Notes: generated from the sequence alone by a model not told the origin. 64,000 nucleotides of DNA from Candidatus Cloacimonadales bacterium (GCA_963667035.1 OY762964.1:96001-160000), one strand, 5' to 3'. Positions 10,160 through 20,918 are shown, numbered from the stretch's first letter. A program made the numbers and translations.

Positions 10160-11268
10160 TTTCTCCTCCTTAACGCTTCCTTAGAAGTCCGTTTATTAGT
10201 TTGTGCTTGGTGATTTATAAATGATTGTTTAGGTTCTCTATTCTCATAGAAAACACCCCAATTCTTTTCAATTTCATTTGCTCCGGTTTGTTCTGCCCCA
10301 CCTTTCCAGGACTCGTCAAAGACTTCGAAAAGATATGTAGTTATATTTGTTGAAGATACCCATGCTGAAAGTAAGAGTAAGAATCTCTCTTGTGCATTTA
10401 TACTTACTTCTCCTTTAACAAGTGTTCCTTGCTCTCCCGGTCCTTTCTTATCAGGATTATATCGGGTAGCCCATCCAATTTCCCCTATAACAACTTGTTT
10501 ATCTGAATGCAGATTCATAACATTATTAATCTCGCGAGTAAGCCATTCAATGGATTCATCCAAATTTTTACTATTCCAAAGAGGATATATATGAGTAACA
10601 ATGAAATCAACTTCCTCTTCTATTGCATTGCTATCCTCTTTGTTCCAAAAGTTATAATCATCAGCAGTTGAGACAGGCTGACCAATTTGATTCCTTACAA
10701 AGCGGATGTAGTTGATTAGTTTAGTACTACTAATCTTATGACCTGACCAATACACTTGAGTTTCATTACCTACATTAACGGCATTTACAATATCGTTGTA
10801 TTGATTTGCTAACTCAATCCCTTTTAGAAGATTAGTTTTGTTAACATCTTCCATTGCTTCATTGGTTTCATTTTCTAACCAAATACCTAGCATCACTTTA
10901 ATAGGTAGGTTTTCTTCTCTGATTACTTGTAATATCCGTTCAGTAGTATCATCGGCATTGTAAACCCTAATCATATCCCAATATCTATTAATTATCCCTA
11001 GATCATCTCTGATTTGATTTTTTGTAGGACCCTCTCCCCATGGTGCCTGTCCTTTTCTGTAACAACCGTATGAAACTGCATTTAATGGATTACCGGGACT
11101 AGATATTGCCTTAAACCTTCTAACCTTAAAAGGTTCTTCCCGTTTAATAGAAGAGTTATTCATGTATAATTCAGGCTTGTCGGAAGTAGACTTGGTTTTG
11201 TAGCAAGCGGATATACCTAATATAATTAACGATATTGCGAGAATTCTGAAACATCTTCGGCGTATCAT
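10156..11268 (-). CDS. GH17 beta-1,3-glucanase/glucosidase, lipoprotein
   Basis: Lipobox ISAC; AVSYGCYR, VNVGNE and IGEIGW catalytic motifs; FEVFDESWK...EKNWG. Confidence 0.8.
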   Translation of the reverse strand: MIRRRCFRILAISLIILGISACYKTKSTSDKPELYMNNSSIKREEPFKVRRFKAISSPGNPLNAVSYGCYRKGQAPWGEGPTKNQIRDDLGIINRYWDMIRVYNADDTTERILQVIREENLPIKVMLGIWLENETNEAMEDVNKTNLLKGIELANQYNDIVNAVNVGNETQVYWSGHKISSTKLINYIRFVRNQIGQPVSTADDYNFWNKEDSNAIEEEVDFIVTHIYPLWNSKNLDESIEWLTREINNVMNLHSDKQVVIGEIGWATRYNPDKKGPGEQGTLVKGEVSINAQERFLLLLSAWVSSTNITTYLFEVFDESWKGGAEQTGANEIEKNWGVFYENREPKQSFINHQAQTNKRTSKEALRRRK

Positions 11269-12944
11269 AACTGTACTCTTACCGTCTGCATTGCATTAGA
11301 TTTTATGGTAATCGGAGAGTATTGATTACTAATTTGCAGATTGTATTGAATTTCATGATTGGAAGTATTCAGGACTTGGACACTAAGTAGATTATCCGAG
11401 TTAAGAGTAGCACATGTATGAATATCATCTTCTTCTAGTTCCGGTGTTTTCTCAACAGTTTGAACGGCAACATCACCTGGTCTAATTGTTCTACTAATCT
11501 GAGACAATATGTAATATATAGGAGTATAGTATACATGCTGATTAGCAGTATCAATCATTATTGGAGCTCCGCAGAAATTACCTACATGGTTAGGACCACC
11601 ATCTTTATCCAAGACAATATTCCAATCAACCCAACCTTTCATCCAGTGATCAAGACTAACAATTATGTTTCTTGCATATCTATGAACAGGAATATATGCT
11701 GGATGGTCTTTACTGTTAACTCCCTGCCAAGTTACCGAATATGCCCAGTCAGTTGCATTATCATTCCACCAGAAAGAATCATTATCAAACCAATTGGTTT
11801 CTTTAAATTTTATCGGGTCTAGTACTCCATTAGGTGCATCTTTCCCTAAATCATCAATACATCCTTCCGTATGTATAATTGAGAATTCCGGGAACTTATT
11901 GTGGATTCTATCAAAAGCGTCTTCATATACATTAACAGTACTCTCATACCAATGAACTGCAACCCCGTATACATATTTAGAGCTTTTCTTATCCGAAAAC
12001 ATCAGGTCTGTCCAAGGCTCAATACCATCTCTGTTCTGGTCATAAATCATTAACTTTACATCTTTAAAGCCGGTCTTTACTAGCTTAGGACCAAGATATT
12101 TCTTAATGAAACGGTTCTGTGTCTCGGGAGTAAACTGCATACTTTCCCACTGACCATTGTTACCGTAAGGCTCGTTTACGGGAGTGATGCCCCAAATGTT
12201 AACACCTTCGTTTCTATAACTTTCCAGATATTTAACGAGATAATTTGCATAGGTCTTAACATATTTCTTCTTTAGACTTCCTCCCGTTCCCTGCCAGTTG
12301 TTTTCCGGAGCCCCCGGTATATACCACTCTTCGATATCTTTCATCCAATAAGGAGCAGTCCAAGCGGAAGCAATTATTCTTAACTCCGGATTAGGCTGGG
12401 TGCTCTTGATAAAAAGAGCTTCTTTGATCATGGGAAGTAAATCGTATTTATCATCCATAATGTTAGGGTTCAACTTTTTATCAAATCCTTTTAAGTCTTC
12501 TTCAATTGTGAAATTTTGGAGTTTTGCATCACCCACTACCGAAGCATAGGAATACTTGCCATACACACTGAAATCACATGATCCAATATGAGTTCTTGTA
12601 AGAGTGAAATCAGCACCATCACTACTGAAAATCTTTCTCATAACATCACGCCTTTTCTCAATGGGTAGATGAGCCAAGACATAAGCTGAGGACTCCGTGA
12701 AAGAAGTTCCGATACCATCAATAATCTGCTTTCTTTTGGAAGGATATACCGATATTACATTGCCTGTAGCCTTACCTTCAAAAAACACTGTATTATCTTC
12801 TGATGCTAATTTATCTCCTTCAGCAGAGGTAATGATTATCTCTTCTACAGAGAGATTCTCAGTATTAGCCTCATTACTCATAAGAAAAGATGAGATTATC
12901 AATATCAAAATTATTAAAGAGACCTTTCTGAAACTAATACTCAT
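11265..12944 (-). CDS. GH30 glycoside hydrolase (possible beta-1,6-glucanase/debranching enzyme)
   Basis: RTHIGSCDFS, ASAWTAPYWMK, TPVNEP, HTEGC, DWNIVLDKDGGPNHVGN; signal peptide. Confidence 0.85.
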   Translation of the reverse strand: MSISFRKVSLIILILIISSFLMSNEANTENLSVEEIIITSAEGDKLASEDNTVFFEGKATGNVISVYPSKRKQIIDGIGTSFTESSAYVLAHLPIEKRRDVMRKIFSSDGADFTLTRTHIGSCDFSVYGKYSYASVVGDAKLQNFTIEEDLKGFDKKLNPNIMDDKYDLLPMIKEALFIKSTQPNPELRIIASAWTAPYWMKDIEEWYIPGAPENNWQGTGGSLKKKYVKTYANYLVKYLESYRNEGVNIWGITPVNEPYGNNGQWESMQFTPETQNRFIKKYLGPKLVKTGFKDVKLMIYDQNRDGIEPWTDLMFSDKKSSKYVYGVAVHWYESTVNVYEDAFDRIHNKFPEFSIIHTEGCIDDLGKDAPNGVLDPIKFKETNWFDNDSFWWNDNATDWAYSVTWQGVNSKDHPAYIPVHRYARNIIVSLDHWMKGWVDWNIVLDKDGGPNHVGNFCGAPIMIDTANQHVYYTPIYYILSQISRTIRPGDVAVQTVEKTPELEEDDIHTCATLNSDNLLSVQVLNTSNHEIQYNLQISNQYSPITIKSNAMQTVRVQL

Positions 12945-12957
12945 AAGAAATCACCTA

Positions 12958-14907
12958 TTATTCGGAATTCTGTTTTACCAAATCTTCCGATTTATGTCTC
13001 TTCATCAGCTTCTCTCTAATCTCATATACTTTGTTTTCGCTCAAAGAATAGGTGAAGATAATCCATAAAGCTATCCCTGATGTGATGAAAGGAATAATGA
13101 CATCAAAAGCTCTTAAATGTGTTAGTGTACTCAGGGGTTGATTTGCACCTAAAGCTTGGTCAAAATGGACAAATTTGAGCAATACACCGGTCATAAGTCC
13201 CGAAATAGACATTCCTATTTTCACCATCCACCAATAAATTGCTCCGAAAACACCTTCACGTCTTTTATGAGTTTCCAGTTCATCCAAATCACATACATCG
13301 GATATCATAGAACCCATCAGAGTAAACAAAGAGCCTGTACCGAAAGCAACAAAAGGAGCGGCAAAAAGTAGCCAATAAGGGTGAGCTGGATTATAACCAA
13401 ACCATTTGATTACATAACCCAACATTGATAATGATATGGTTATGATAAATGTCTTTCTCTTACCAATCTTAGTTGCAATCCATCCTGTTAAAGGAATAAC
13501 TACCAGAGTTGCCAATGAGGTTATTGAACCAAACCATCCCATAAGCTGTCCGGCCTTTGAGTTGTTTCCGTTGAAGAGAAAGTATATCATAACATATATT
13601 GAAAAAGATGTACCTAATTGGAAGCCGTTGAATACTAAAAATGTAGCACTACATAACTTAACAAAAGGTTTGCATTTAAAAGTTGTTACTAATCCGGCAA
13701 AGAACTCTCTCAAATTTTTCCATACACCTCGAGCAGAGTTTTTAACAGGTTCATAATTCTGTTTTTCTCTTAAGAAGATAGCAGGAAGAATACCTAATAT
13801 TGCAACAAGTGCACCAACCCAGATGGCTAAAACTCTTGCTCCATGAACAGTACTTTTAAACAAACTACTTGCCATAATAGCGTAGAACCAAGGTACTCCT
13901 AACCAAACTAATTGACCTATTGTATTGGCAAAAGCATGTAATCTGGTTCTTTCATGGTAGTCGTTGGTCATTTCATAACCGAATGCAACAAATGGTGTAG
14001 CATAAAGAGTATAAGCAAGGAAGAAGATAATGGACATAATAAGGAAATATACAAAGTAAGTATTATAGAAATTCTCATTCTTTCTTAGCTTCAAAGAGTG
14101 AATAGTAGCAATTCCACTTCCAATTATTCCCTTCAACTCAATCTCTATATCCTTAATAGAATCCAAATCTAGTTGTTCATTACCTTTGATTCCCGGAGTC
14201 TCTATTAGTTTAGCTTCATCAATTGCAAGTTTCAAAAGGGTTTTACTGTCTCCCGTCATCATATCAGGAGTCACGATTATCTCATAAGATTCACTTGTAT
14301 TAAGGTCTATTTGTTCATTAAAGACTACTTTCATTTCAGAGAATTCGGGAAGTTCGGCATTTAATTCAAGCTGAGGATAACCGTCTAAATTGGAGATAGG
14401 TTTGTTCTCTGATAAGACGCTATTTTCCTTAGGTCCGTAAAGAATAAATGAGATATCATTTTCTTTCTTGGAATTGTATTTCAAATCAATTCCACCTGCA
14501 TCATTCTTTTCAACAGGTTGAATATGTTCTACTTTTGCTTGCGGTTCTTTTATTGAATCACTTCCCAAGATATCAATGTATCCTGATGGGAGTTGCCACA
14601 TAATTGCGAATATCAAACCTGCCAATAAAGCACCAACAAAGATGAACGGCCTCCTACGACCCCATCTTGTTCTTGTATTATCGGAAATATATCCCACCAT
14701 AGGATCGGATATAGCATCAAATATTCTTGGGATAGAACCAATTAAGCCAACAAGCATTACGTCCATTCCAAGACCAAGATTAAGTATTACAACCATTGCA
14801 GGAAGAGCTGCCGCCTGAAGGTTGTTTACTAACATACCAACTGCATAAGCTGATTTCTGTTTTAAGGATATCCTGTCTTCAGGACGCGTTACATGATGTT
14901 CACTCAT
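12958..14907 (-). CDS. GPH-family MFS sugar:cation symporter with a ~170-aa soluble insertion
   Basis: FDAISDPMVGYISDNTRTRWGRRRPF, EMTNDYHERT, SMISDVCDLDELETHKRREG motifs. Confidence 0.9.
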   Translation of the reverse strand: MSEHHVTRPEDRISLKQKSAYAVGMLVNNLQAAALPAMVVILNLGLGMDVMLVGLIGSIPRIFDAISDPMVGYISDNTRTRWGRRRPFIFVGALLAGLIFAIMWQLPSGYIDILGSDSIKEPQAKVEHIQPVEKNDAGGIDLKYNSKKENDISFILYGPKENSVLSENKPISNLDGYPQLELNAELPEFSEMKVVFNEQIDLNTSESYEIIVTPDMMTGDSKTLLKLAIDEAKLIETPGIKGNEQLDLDSIKDIEIELKGIIGSGIATIHSLKLRKNENFYNTYFVYFLIMSIIFFLAYTLYATPFVAFGYEMTNDYHERTRLHAFANTIGQLVWLGVPWFYAIMASSLFKSTVHGARVLAIWVGALVAILGILPAIFLREKQNYEPVKNSARGVWKNLREFFAGLVTTFKCKPFVKLCSATFLVFNGFQLGTSFSIYVMIYFLFNGNNSKAGQLMGWFGSITSLATLVVIPLTGWIATKIGKRKTFIITISLSMLGYVIKWFGYNPAHPYWLLFAAPFVAFGTGSLFTLMGSMISDVCDLDELETHKRREGVFGAIYWWMVKIGMSISGLMTGVLLKFVHFDQALGANQPLSTLTHLRAFDVIIPFITSGIALWIIFTYSLSENKVYEIREKLMKRHKSEDLVKQNSE

Positions 14908-14922
14908 TTGATGTCCTCTTTA

Positions 14923-17900
14923 TTATTTTGTAAGATATATATTATCGAAATAAAGATTACCGAATAGCATTGCATTGCTGCTGTTGCTCGGATTCCATAA
15001 ACCTAAGTATTTCATATTGTTTAAATTAACTGAAGAGAACGCATTCATAGGAATCTCGTACTTTAACCAATCCCCTACTTCCTCAGGAGTGTATGAACTT
15101 ATGTTTACTTCTGTTTCTCCTCCGGTTGTATCCTCAAACTTAATGCCTAATCTAACGACATCCGGCATTGAAGTTTTATTCAGATAAAAAACAAGAGTCT
15201 CGTATTCCGAAATGTCCTGACCTGCAGAACCAAAATCAAATGCGATTCCTCCCCAATCATGTCCTAAATCGGTAAAGTTAACCGATAAGACATAAGTTCC
15301 TTCAACAGAAGTAACCGCTGTACTCTCAGTATCAGGCTCTCCCGAATTGCCACTCCAATCAGCACTGTTAATAATTGACTGATAGTTCAGTACGGGATTA
15401 GTATGTGTTTCGCTATAAATCCCTAAAGTGCTATCCGAAGCTCCGGATGATTGTATGTTTGCAGTGTCTTCTTTTATTGTTCCGTTATAATCACTATAAG
15501 TTACTGTTAAAATGTCTCCGGCACTTATTGCAATTGTATCGTTTGCATCGTCAGTAAGTCCGAAATTGATTACCGTAGATCCCGCTCCTTCAGAGTTAAG
15601 CTGCACATCAATTGAAATTGTTTCAGAGCCATTGCTTACACTTGCCGAAACAGTTGAATTACCTAGATTTTCATCAGTAACCGAAACTGTTGCATTTGTA
15701 GCGTTTTCTAAATAAGTATCAGAATCAAAACTAACATTACTATAACCTGAACTCTCTTCCCAGTATATGTCATCAATTCCCATCTCACATTGTGCTCCGC
15801 TTTCTTCCAGAATTGTGAATGCATAACTGATATTCCGGAGACTAACACTCCCTGTAATATCATCTACAGGAATAACGGCTTGTCCCCATTCCCCGTCTCT
15901 TACCAATCCGTAAGTTTTTTGATTAGCCGGGAATTGAACATAGCTTTCATGGCTGCTATTATCTTGAATCCCTATCTTAAAAGTAACAGAAGCAGGTATC
16001 TTGATTCTAAACTTAATGTTACCACCTGTAAAATTGGAGAAATCAATTGGGTTGTTAGCCATAACACCTGCACCAAACCAGCCGACTCCGGTTGTCTGCC
16101 ATGCCATCACATTCTGTCCCTCATAAGGATCAATACTACCTTCCGATAGGGTATTCTCCCAGACAAAGATTTCAGCATCTTCCCCGATAGTAAAGCCATC
16201 AGTAATAGGTGTTTCATCTGTAAATACACCAAAAGTTCCAAGGGCGGGACCGCCGGAAGTAATAGAGGCATTAGTGGTTTTTGAGTTTCCCGAGCTATCA
16301 GTGAAACTTGCTGTCAATGTATTACCGGCTTGGATTGCAATTGTATCCGAGCCATCATCTGTAGCACCGAAATATATAGCAGATGTTCCGGTTCCATTGC
16401 TATCAAAATTAACTGCAACAGTTATACTTTCATTACCACAATTAACCGATACATCAACACTACTGCTGAGTAGTCCTGTGTCGGTTACTGTTAAAGCAGC
16501 ACCGTTTTCGTTCTCGTTGTATGAGTTTTTGTCAAAAGTTATACTACTCTGAGTTTGTCCGCCACCGTTAAGATAAATATCATCGATTGCAAACTGACAT
16601 TGAGTTCCATTTTCTTCTTTAATCATAAACACATAACTTACAAGTTCCAAGTTCACGGAACCTGCTAAGTCAGACATTGGTATGGAGACCATTCCCCAGT
16701 CACCATCTCTATTCAATCCATACTTAGTTTCTCCTGCAGGGAATTCGACGAAATGTTCAATGTTTCCTGAGTCGTTCATGCCTATATGGAAAGTTACGTC
16801 TGAAGGTATTTTTATTGCAAAGTTTAGATTACCTCCGCTGAAGTTGGACAAATCAATCGGTTGATTAGATTGAATACCTGCACCAAACCAATTCATTCCT
16901 GCAGTAACAAATGAGATTACATTACTTCCTTCGTATGGTAGTATTGTTCCTTGAGTCAGGGTATTCTCCCAGACATATATTTCCGAGTCAGCTCCTACCA
17001 ATATCCCGTCATCCACCGGAGTTGTATCGGTGAAGATTCCAAAGGTTTCTACAGGTTCTTCATTCACTTCTCCCTGATAAGCCCTTATCCAGTCCACATA
17101 CATACTTTGAGGCCAGGATGTATTATCTGTTGGAGCTCCACCATAACCTCCGCCAACGGCTATATTGATTAGAACATAAAAATCATTTAGGAATTCATCC
17201 ATAGTATCAGAATCAATAACTTTTGTGAAGTAGGTCATATTATCAATTCTGCCGATAATTCTCTGCGTATCCCATTCTATCTCAAAAATATGATATTCAT
17301 TTGCAAGTGCTTCATTGTAGACTCTTAAACCTTGAGCAGATTGGTGAGATCCATCTTCTTCATCCCACCAATGAATTGTACAAATAGAGGTTTTCTCATC
17401 ATGATAAAGAGGACTCATCTCCATAATGTCGATTTCTCCGCAGTAAGGCCAACTGATTTCGTCAAAGTTTGAACCCAGCATCCAGAAAGCAGGCCATATT
17501 CCGTCACCTTGGGGTGGTTTAATTCTAGCTTGAAGCTTACCGTATTTCATGGAAAACTTATTCTTAGTGTTAAGTCTACCGGAAGTAATCGACCCATCTC
17601 TCTTTCCTGGTGCTATATAGTTGTCCGATTCATAGCGAGCGGTTATAACTAAATTGCCATTCTCTACCTTCACATTATCAGACGAATCAGTGTAACTCTG
17701 CCACTCATCATTACCCCAACCGTCATTCTGATTCCCATAACCGTAGCCTAAGTCGTAGTTCCATTTTGCAGGGTCGGGAATTTCATTTGTCTGATCAAAA
17801 TCATCCGACCAGATAAGTTTGTAATCTACAGAAGGTGTTGAATCTGGTACACTTTCAGGCTCAGTAACAGTGTCACAGCCCATAACAAATAGAATTGATA

Positions 17901-17943
17901 ACAAAACTAACAGCAAAGAAAAACTCATTACTCTACGAATCAT
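14923..17943 (-). CDS. GH16 laminarinase lipoprotein with C-terminal CBM-like/Ig-like repeats
   Basis: Lipobox VMGC; GWGNDEWQSY, WPAFWMLG, catalytic EIDIME; two ~270-aa repeats (FGxFTDxTP...IDDIY) after the catalytic domain. Confidence 0.9.
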   Translation of the reverse strand: MIRRVMSFSLLLVLLSILFVMGCDTVTEPESVPDSTPSVDYKLIWSDDFDQTNEIPDPAKWNYDLGYGYGNQNDGWGNDEWQSYTDSSDNVKVENGNLVITARYESDNYIAPGKRDGSITSGRLNTKNKFSMKYGKLQARIKPPQGDGIWPAFWMLGSNFDEISWPYCGEIDIMEMSPLYHDEKTSICTIHWWDEEDGSHQSAQGLRVYNEALANEYHIFEIEWDTQRIIGRIDNMTYFTKVIDSDTMDEFLNDFYVLINIAVGGGYGGAPTDNTSWPQSMYVDWIRAYQGEVNEEPVETFGIFTDTTPVDDGILVGADSEIYVWENTLTQGTILPYEGSNVISFVTAGMNWFGAGIQSNQPIDLSNFSGGNLNFAIKIPSDVTFHIGMNDSGNIEHFVEFPAGETKYGLNRDGDWGMVSIPMSDLAGSVNLELVSYVFMIKEENGTQCQFAIDDIYLNGGGQTQSSITFDKNSYNENENGAALTVTDTGLLSSSVDVSVNCGNESITVAVNFDSNGTGTSAIYFGATDDGSDTIAIQAGNTLTASFTDSSGNSKTTNASITSGGPALGTFGVFTDETPITDGFTIGEDAEIFVWENTLSEGSIDPYEGQNVMAWQTTGVGWFGAGVMANNPIDFSNFTGGNIKFRIKIPASVTFKIGIQDNSSHESYVQFPANQKTYGLVRDGEWGQAVIPVDDITGSVSLRNISYAFTILEESGAQCEMGIDDIYWEESSGYSNVSFDSDTYLENATNATVSVTDENLGNSTVSASVSNGSETISIDVQLNSEGAGSTVINFGLTDDANDTIAISAGDILTVTYSDYNGTIKEDTANIQSSGASDSTLGIYSETHTNPVLNYQSIINSADWSGNSGEPDTESTAVTSVEGTYVLSVNFTDLGHDWGGIAFDFGSAGQDISEYETLVFYLNKTSMPDVVRLGIKFEDTTGGETEVNISSYTPEEVGDWLKYEIPMNAFSSVNLNNMKYLGLWNPSNSSNAMLFGNLYFDNIYLTK

Positions 17944-17994
17944 AACAAAACCTCTTTATATCTTGATTCATTAAAATCTAAAAAAATTTCAATG

Positions 17995-18035
17995 TGCTAT
18001 ATAGCAAATAGCGGTTTGCTTTTACTCTATGTCAA
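17995..18035 (-). promoter_or_regulatory. Putative glucan-operon promoter with palindromic operator
   Basis: TTGACA on minus strand (18030-18035) and perfect palindrome TGCTATATAGCA (17995-18006); further TGCTAT half-sites near 18088 and 18399-18417. Confidence 0.55.
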
Positions 18036-18462
18036 GAATTATTTTCATTTTAACTTCCCTTGGAACACTATTTATTCGGTTAAACAATGCTATTGCTATA
18101 ACTGTTTCCTTTATAATTCTTAACTTATTCTTCTTTTTATTCCGGATCCTTAGTGCTAATCAGACTCCTACCGAACTGCATCATTATAATAAAATAAATT
18201 AATATTCATATTTCGCTATATAAAACTGCTAACATAAACCTAATCAGCACGTTAAGCATATAGTGCTTATGATTGTATGCAAGCGTAACAAGCATGTTTA
18301 TCAGAATATTATTACTTTGACGGTGTCTCAATCATTTTGCAATTGAGTAATTTTCACGAGAAACAACTCTTTATAACTTTTATGATTTTTTGATTGACTG
18401 CTATAGGTATTGCTATTATTTTCCCTTGAGTATTACGGAAATGAAACGAACAGAGGAATCAA

Positions 18463-19521
18463 ATGAGCAATAAGAAGCCTAAATATCTACATGTAAAAGA
18501 GATTATCAAAGAGAGGATTAAAAGCGGTGAACTTAACGGCAAACTTCCGGGAGAAAGAGTCATGGCTAAAATGTATGATGTCTCCTATATGACTGTCAGA
18601 AGAGCTATTACCGAATTAGTAGAAGAAGGCATTCTGCATAAATTTACAACAAAGGGAACGTTCGTTAGTCACAGTAAAATGACTCCCAAAGTAACACATA
18701 ACATTGGCTTTTTTCTTGATTCCCAGATTAGAGAAGGTATTTCCAGCCCGTATTACTCCCTCGTTTTCAGTGCTTTGGAGAAAGAAGTAAAGAAGAAAGG
18801 CTATAATCTCATACTGTTCTCAGAACTTGACGATCTGAACCCGCTTAACAATCAAAAGAAAATTGATGGAGTAATTATCTGTAGTTTTCCCAGAATCGAG
18901 GATAAGATCCAGGAACTGAAAAAGGTTCTTCCCATTGTCTTACTGGATAATCTTTCTTCTGACAAATCAATTCCATCCGTAACTCTTGATAACTTCAATA
19001 GCAGTAGTGAAGCAGCTCAATACCTTTATTCCCTAGGACACAGAGTAATAGGCTTCATTTCGGGTTTATTAGATTCTGATATCTGTCATGAAAGACTGAA
19101 AGGCTACACTTCAGCTTTGATTAGTAATGGCATTAAGGTTAATGAAGAATTGATATGCAATGGTGACTACTCTTACGAATCAGGTGAGAAAGGTGCCGAC
19201 TATCTTCTTTCTCTCAAAAATCCTCCAACAGCTATTATGTGTGCAAATGATTCAATGGCAATCGGAGCAATGAAAGTGATCAGAGAAAGAGGATATCAGA
19301 TTCCTTCGGATATCAGTGTCGTTGGATTTGACGATATTAAAGTCGCTTCAATGGTTTTTCCTTCTCTCACTACCATTACCGCTCCCGTTGATAGAATTGC
19401 TGAACGATCAATTGGGATGCTATTGGCAATGATTGACGGTCTGGATCTAGACTATCAGCACGTTATTCTTCCTCCAAAACTGATAATAAGGAACTCCTGT
19501 ACCAAAGTTAATTCCAATTAA
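18463..19521 (+). CDS. GntR-HTH/LacI sugar-binding hybrid transcriptional regulator (AraR-like)
   Basis: N-terminal KLPGERxMA..VSYMTVRRAI; C-terminal LGHRxIGFI, PTAIMCAND, DISVVGFDD; divergent from the glucan operon. Confidence 0.9.
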   Translation: MSNKKPKYLHVKEIIKERIKSGELNGKLPGERVMAKMYDVSYMTVRRAITELVEEGILHKFTTKGTFVSHSKMTPKVTHNIGFFLDSQIREGISSPYYSLVFSALEKEVKKKGYNLILFSELDDLNPLNNQKKIDGVIICSFPRIEDKIQELKKVLPIVLLDNLSSDKSIPSVTLDNFNSSSEAAQYLYSLGHRVIGFISGLLDSDICHERLKGYTSALISNGIKVNEELICNGDYSYESGEKGADYLLSLKNPPTAIMCANDSMAIGAMKVIRERGYQIPSDISVVGFDDIKVASMVFPSLTTITAPVDRIAERSIGMLLAMIDGLDLDYQHVILPPKLIIRNSCTKVNSN

Positions 19522-19624
19522 TTATTCAGTTTCTGCTTTACCACATATAATACTGAAAGATACTAACAATATTTACTTTTATCATGCATTTCAAACTGCT
19601 CAATCTCTCCCATTTGATTGGAAA

Positions 19625-20295
19625 TATGTTTTTTCTAAATCTCTAAAAATATGACTCCAAGGATTTGCACTTTCAACTTCATGTACCCATAATCCAAGAG
19701 ATTCTTTCTTGCCTTTCATTGTTAGACCTATAATTGAGTATAAGGCTTTATTTACTATATTACCATTACTGCCTTTAGGTGCATCAGGATAAGCCTTCTT
19801 AACCTTAACAAATATGGCATCTATAAAAATGATTGGGTAAACTTTTTCTAGCTCTCTATGTTTCCAAACTGTGATATCACCATCTATTTCACTAATGATA
19901 TTACTAACTCGCCTTTAGCACTTAGGGACTATGATTGGATTAAAGCTTCCATTACAATCACGAGGTCTTCTTATCTCTAGTTCACCAAGCTCAGTCTGTA
20001 AAGTTTTTAGTGTTGAGCCATTCCGTCTATTCTCTGTCTCTTTAGGCTCAAAGCTATTATGTGAGTAGCCTAGATGCTCATCCATCTCATTTTCTAAACA
20101 AATCCGATATACTCGACCGGCAAACTTTCTAATCATTTCTATAGGGTCTGTTATACTATCTTGTAAAAGTTCCTTTACAACTCTATCCATTTCTTTCATA
20201 TTGGACTTAATCTTCATGTGTGTGAACCTCCTTTTATTGTTGTTATAATATGCTTAATCGCATATTGAAGTTTACACACTTTTCTTTTTACTCCC
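19625..20295 (-). mobile_element. IS256-family remnant (frameshifted, truncated transposase)
   Basis: End sequence GGGAGTAAAAAGAAAAGTGTGTAAAC; ORF with LENEMDEHLGY, NRRNG, PRDCNGSFNP; after the break WKHRELEKVYPIIFIDAIFVKVK and NKALYSIIGL. Confidence 0.85.
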
Positions 20296-20876
20296 CTTTT
20301 GATACTCTGATTATATCTAATACTTCATAACCGTTACACCACTCGCCTGTACTGCCGTCTCTAACTCTGGTTAATCCTTCCATCTTCTTTGAATGGCTTT
20401 TCATTATGTCGCTGGGATCAATGACTATCAGGTCATAAGATGCTATCTTCTTGCTTTCACAAATCAGATGAATATTTGATAGATTTTTGTACAACTCAGG
20501 TTTTGATAAATGACGACGATATCGTTCGCAGAGCTTTTCTAATGAGATATTCACTTCATGGCTCATTGCAATCCTTCTGATTATACAACTACCGGATTTC
20601 AAAATGCCACTGACAAGCTCTTTTACAAATTTCTTCTCTTTGATAGTACAGCTATGTGTGACTTTGTTGATGAATTTTGAAAATTTAGCTTGCAGATTAT
20701 GCTTTTTTATTATTGATAGTTCCATATAGTGAGTTCCTTTTGTTTTATTTTAAGCGTAACAACAATAAATAGGGACTCACTCTTTTCAAGCTTTTTCTTG
20801 ACTATTTTTATACTTAAATTACCACTTTTTCAGTCACTTATTATGACCATTATTCTAAATTTCGGGGGGATGCTTG
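20296..20876 (-). mobile_element. Truncated copy (left ~580 bp) of the IS4-family element at 30322-31789
   Basis: Matches the intact element from its left end CAAGCATCCCCCCG to ...GAGTATCAAAAG, where the IS256 end abuts. Confidence 0.95.
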
Positions 20877-20918
20877 TAACAGGAAATTTCAATAATTGTT
20901 CAACAAACAGTAGTCATA

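Noticed and set aside
1523..17172. Numerous short plus-strand ORFs within the glucan operon, and similar antisense ORFs elsewhere
   Set aside because: Shadow frames of long, motif-bearing genes on the opposite strand
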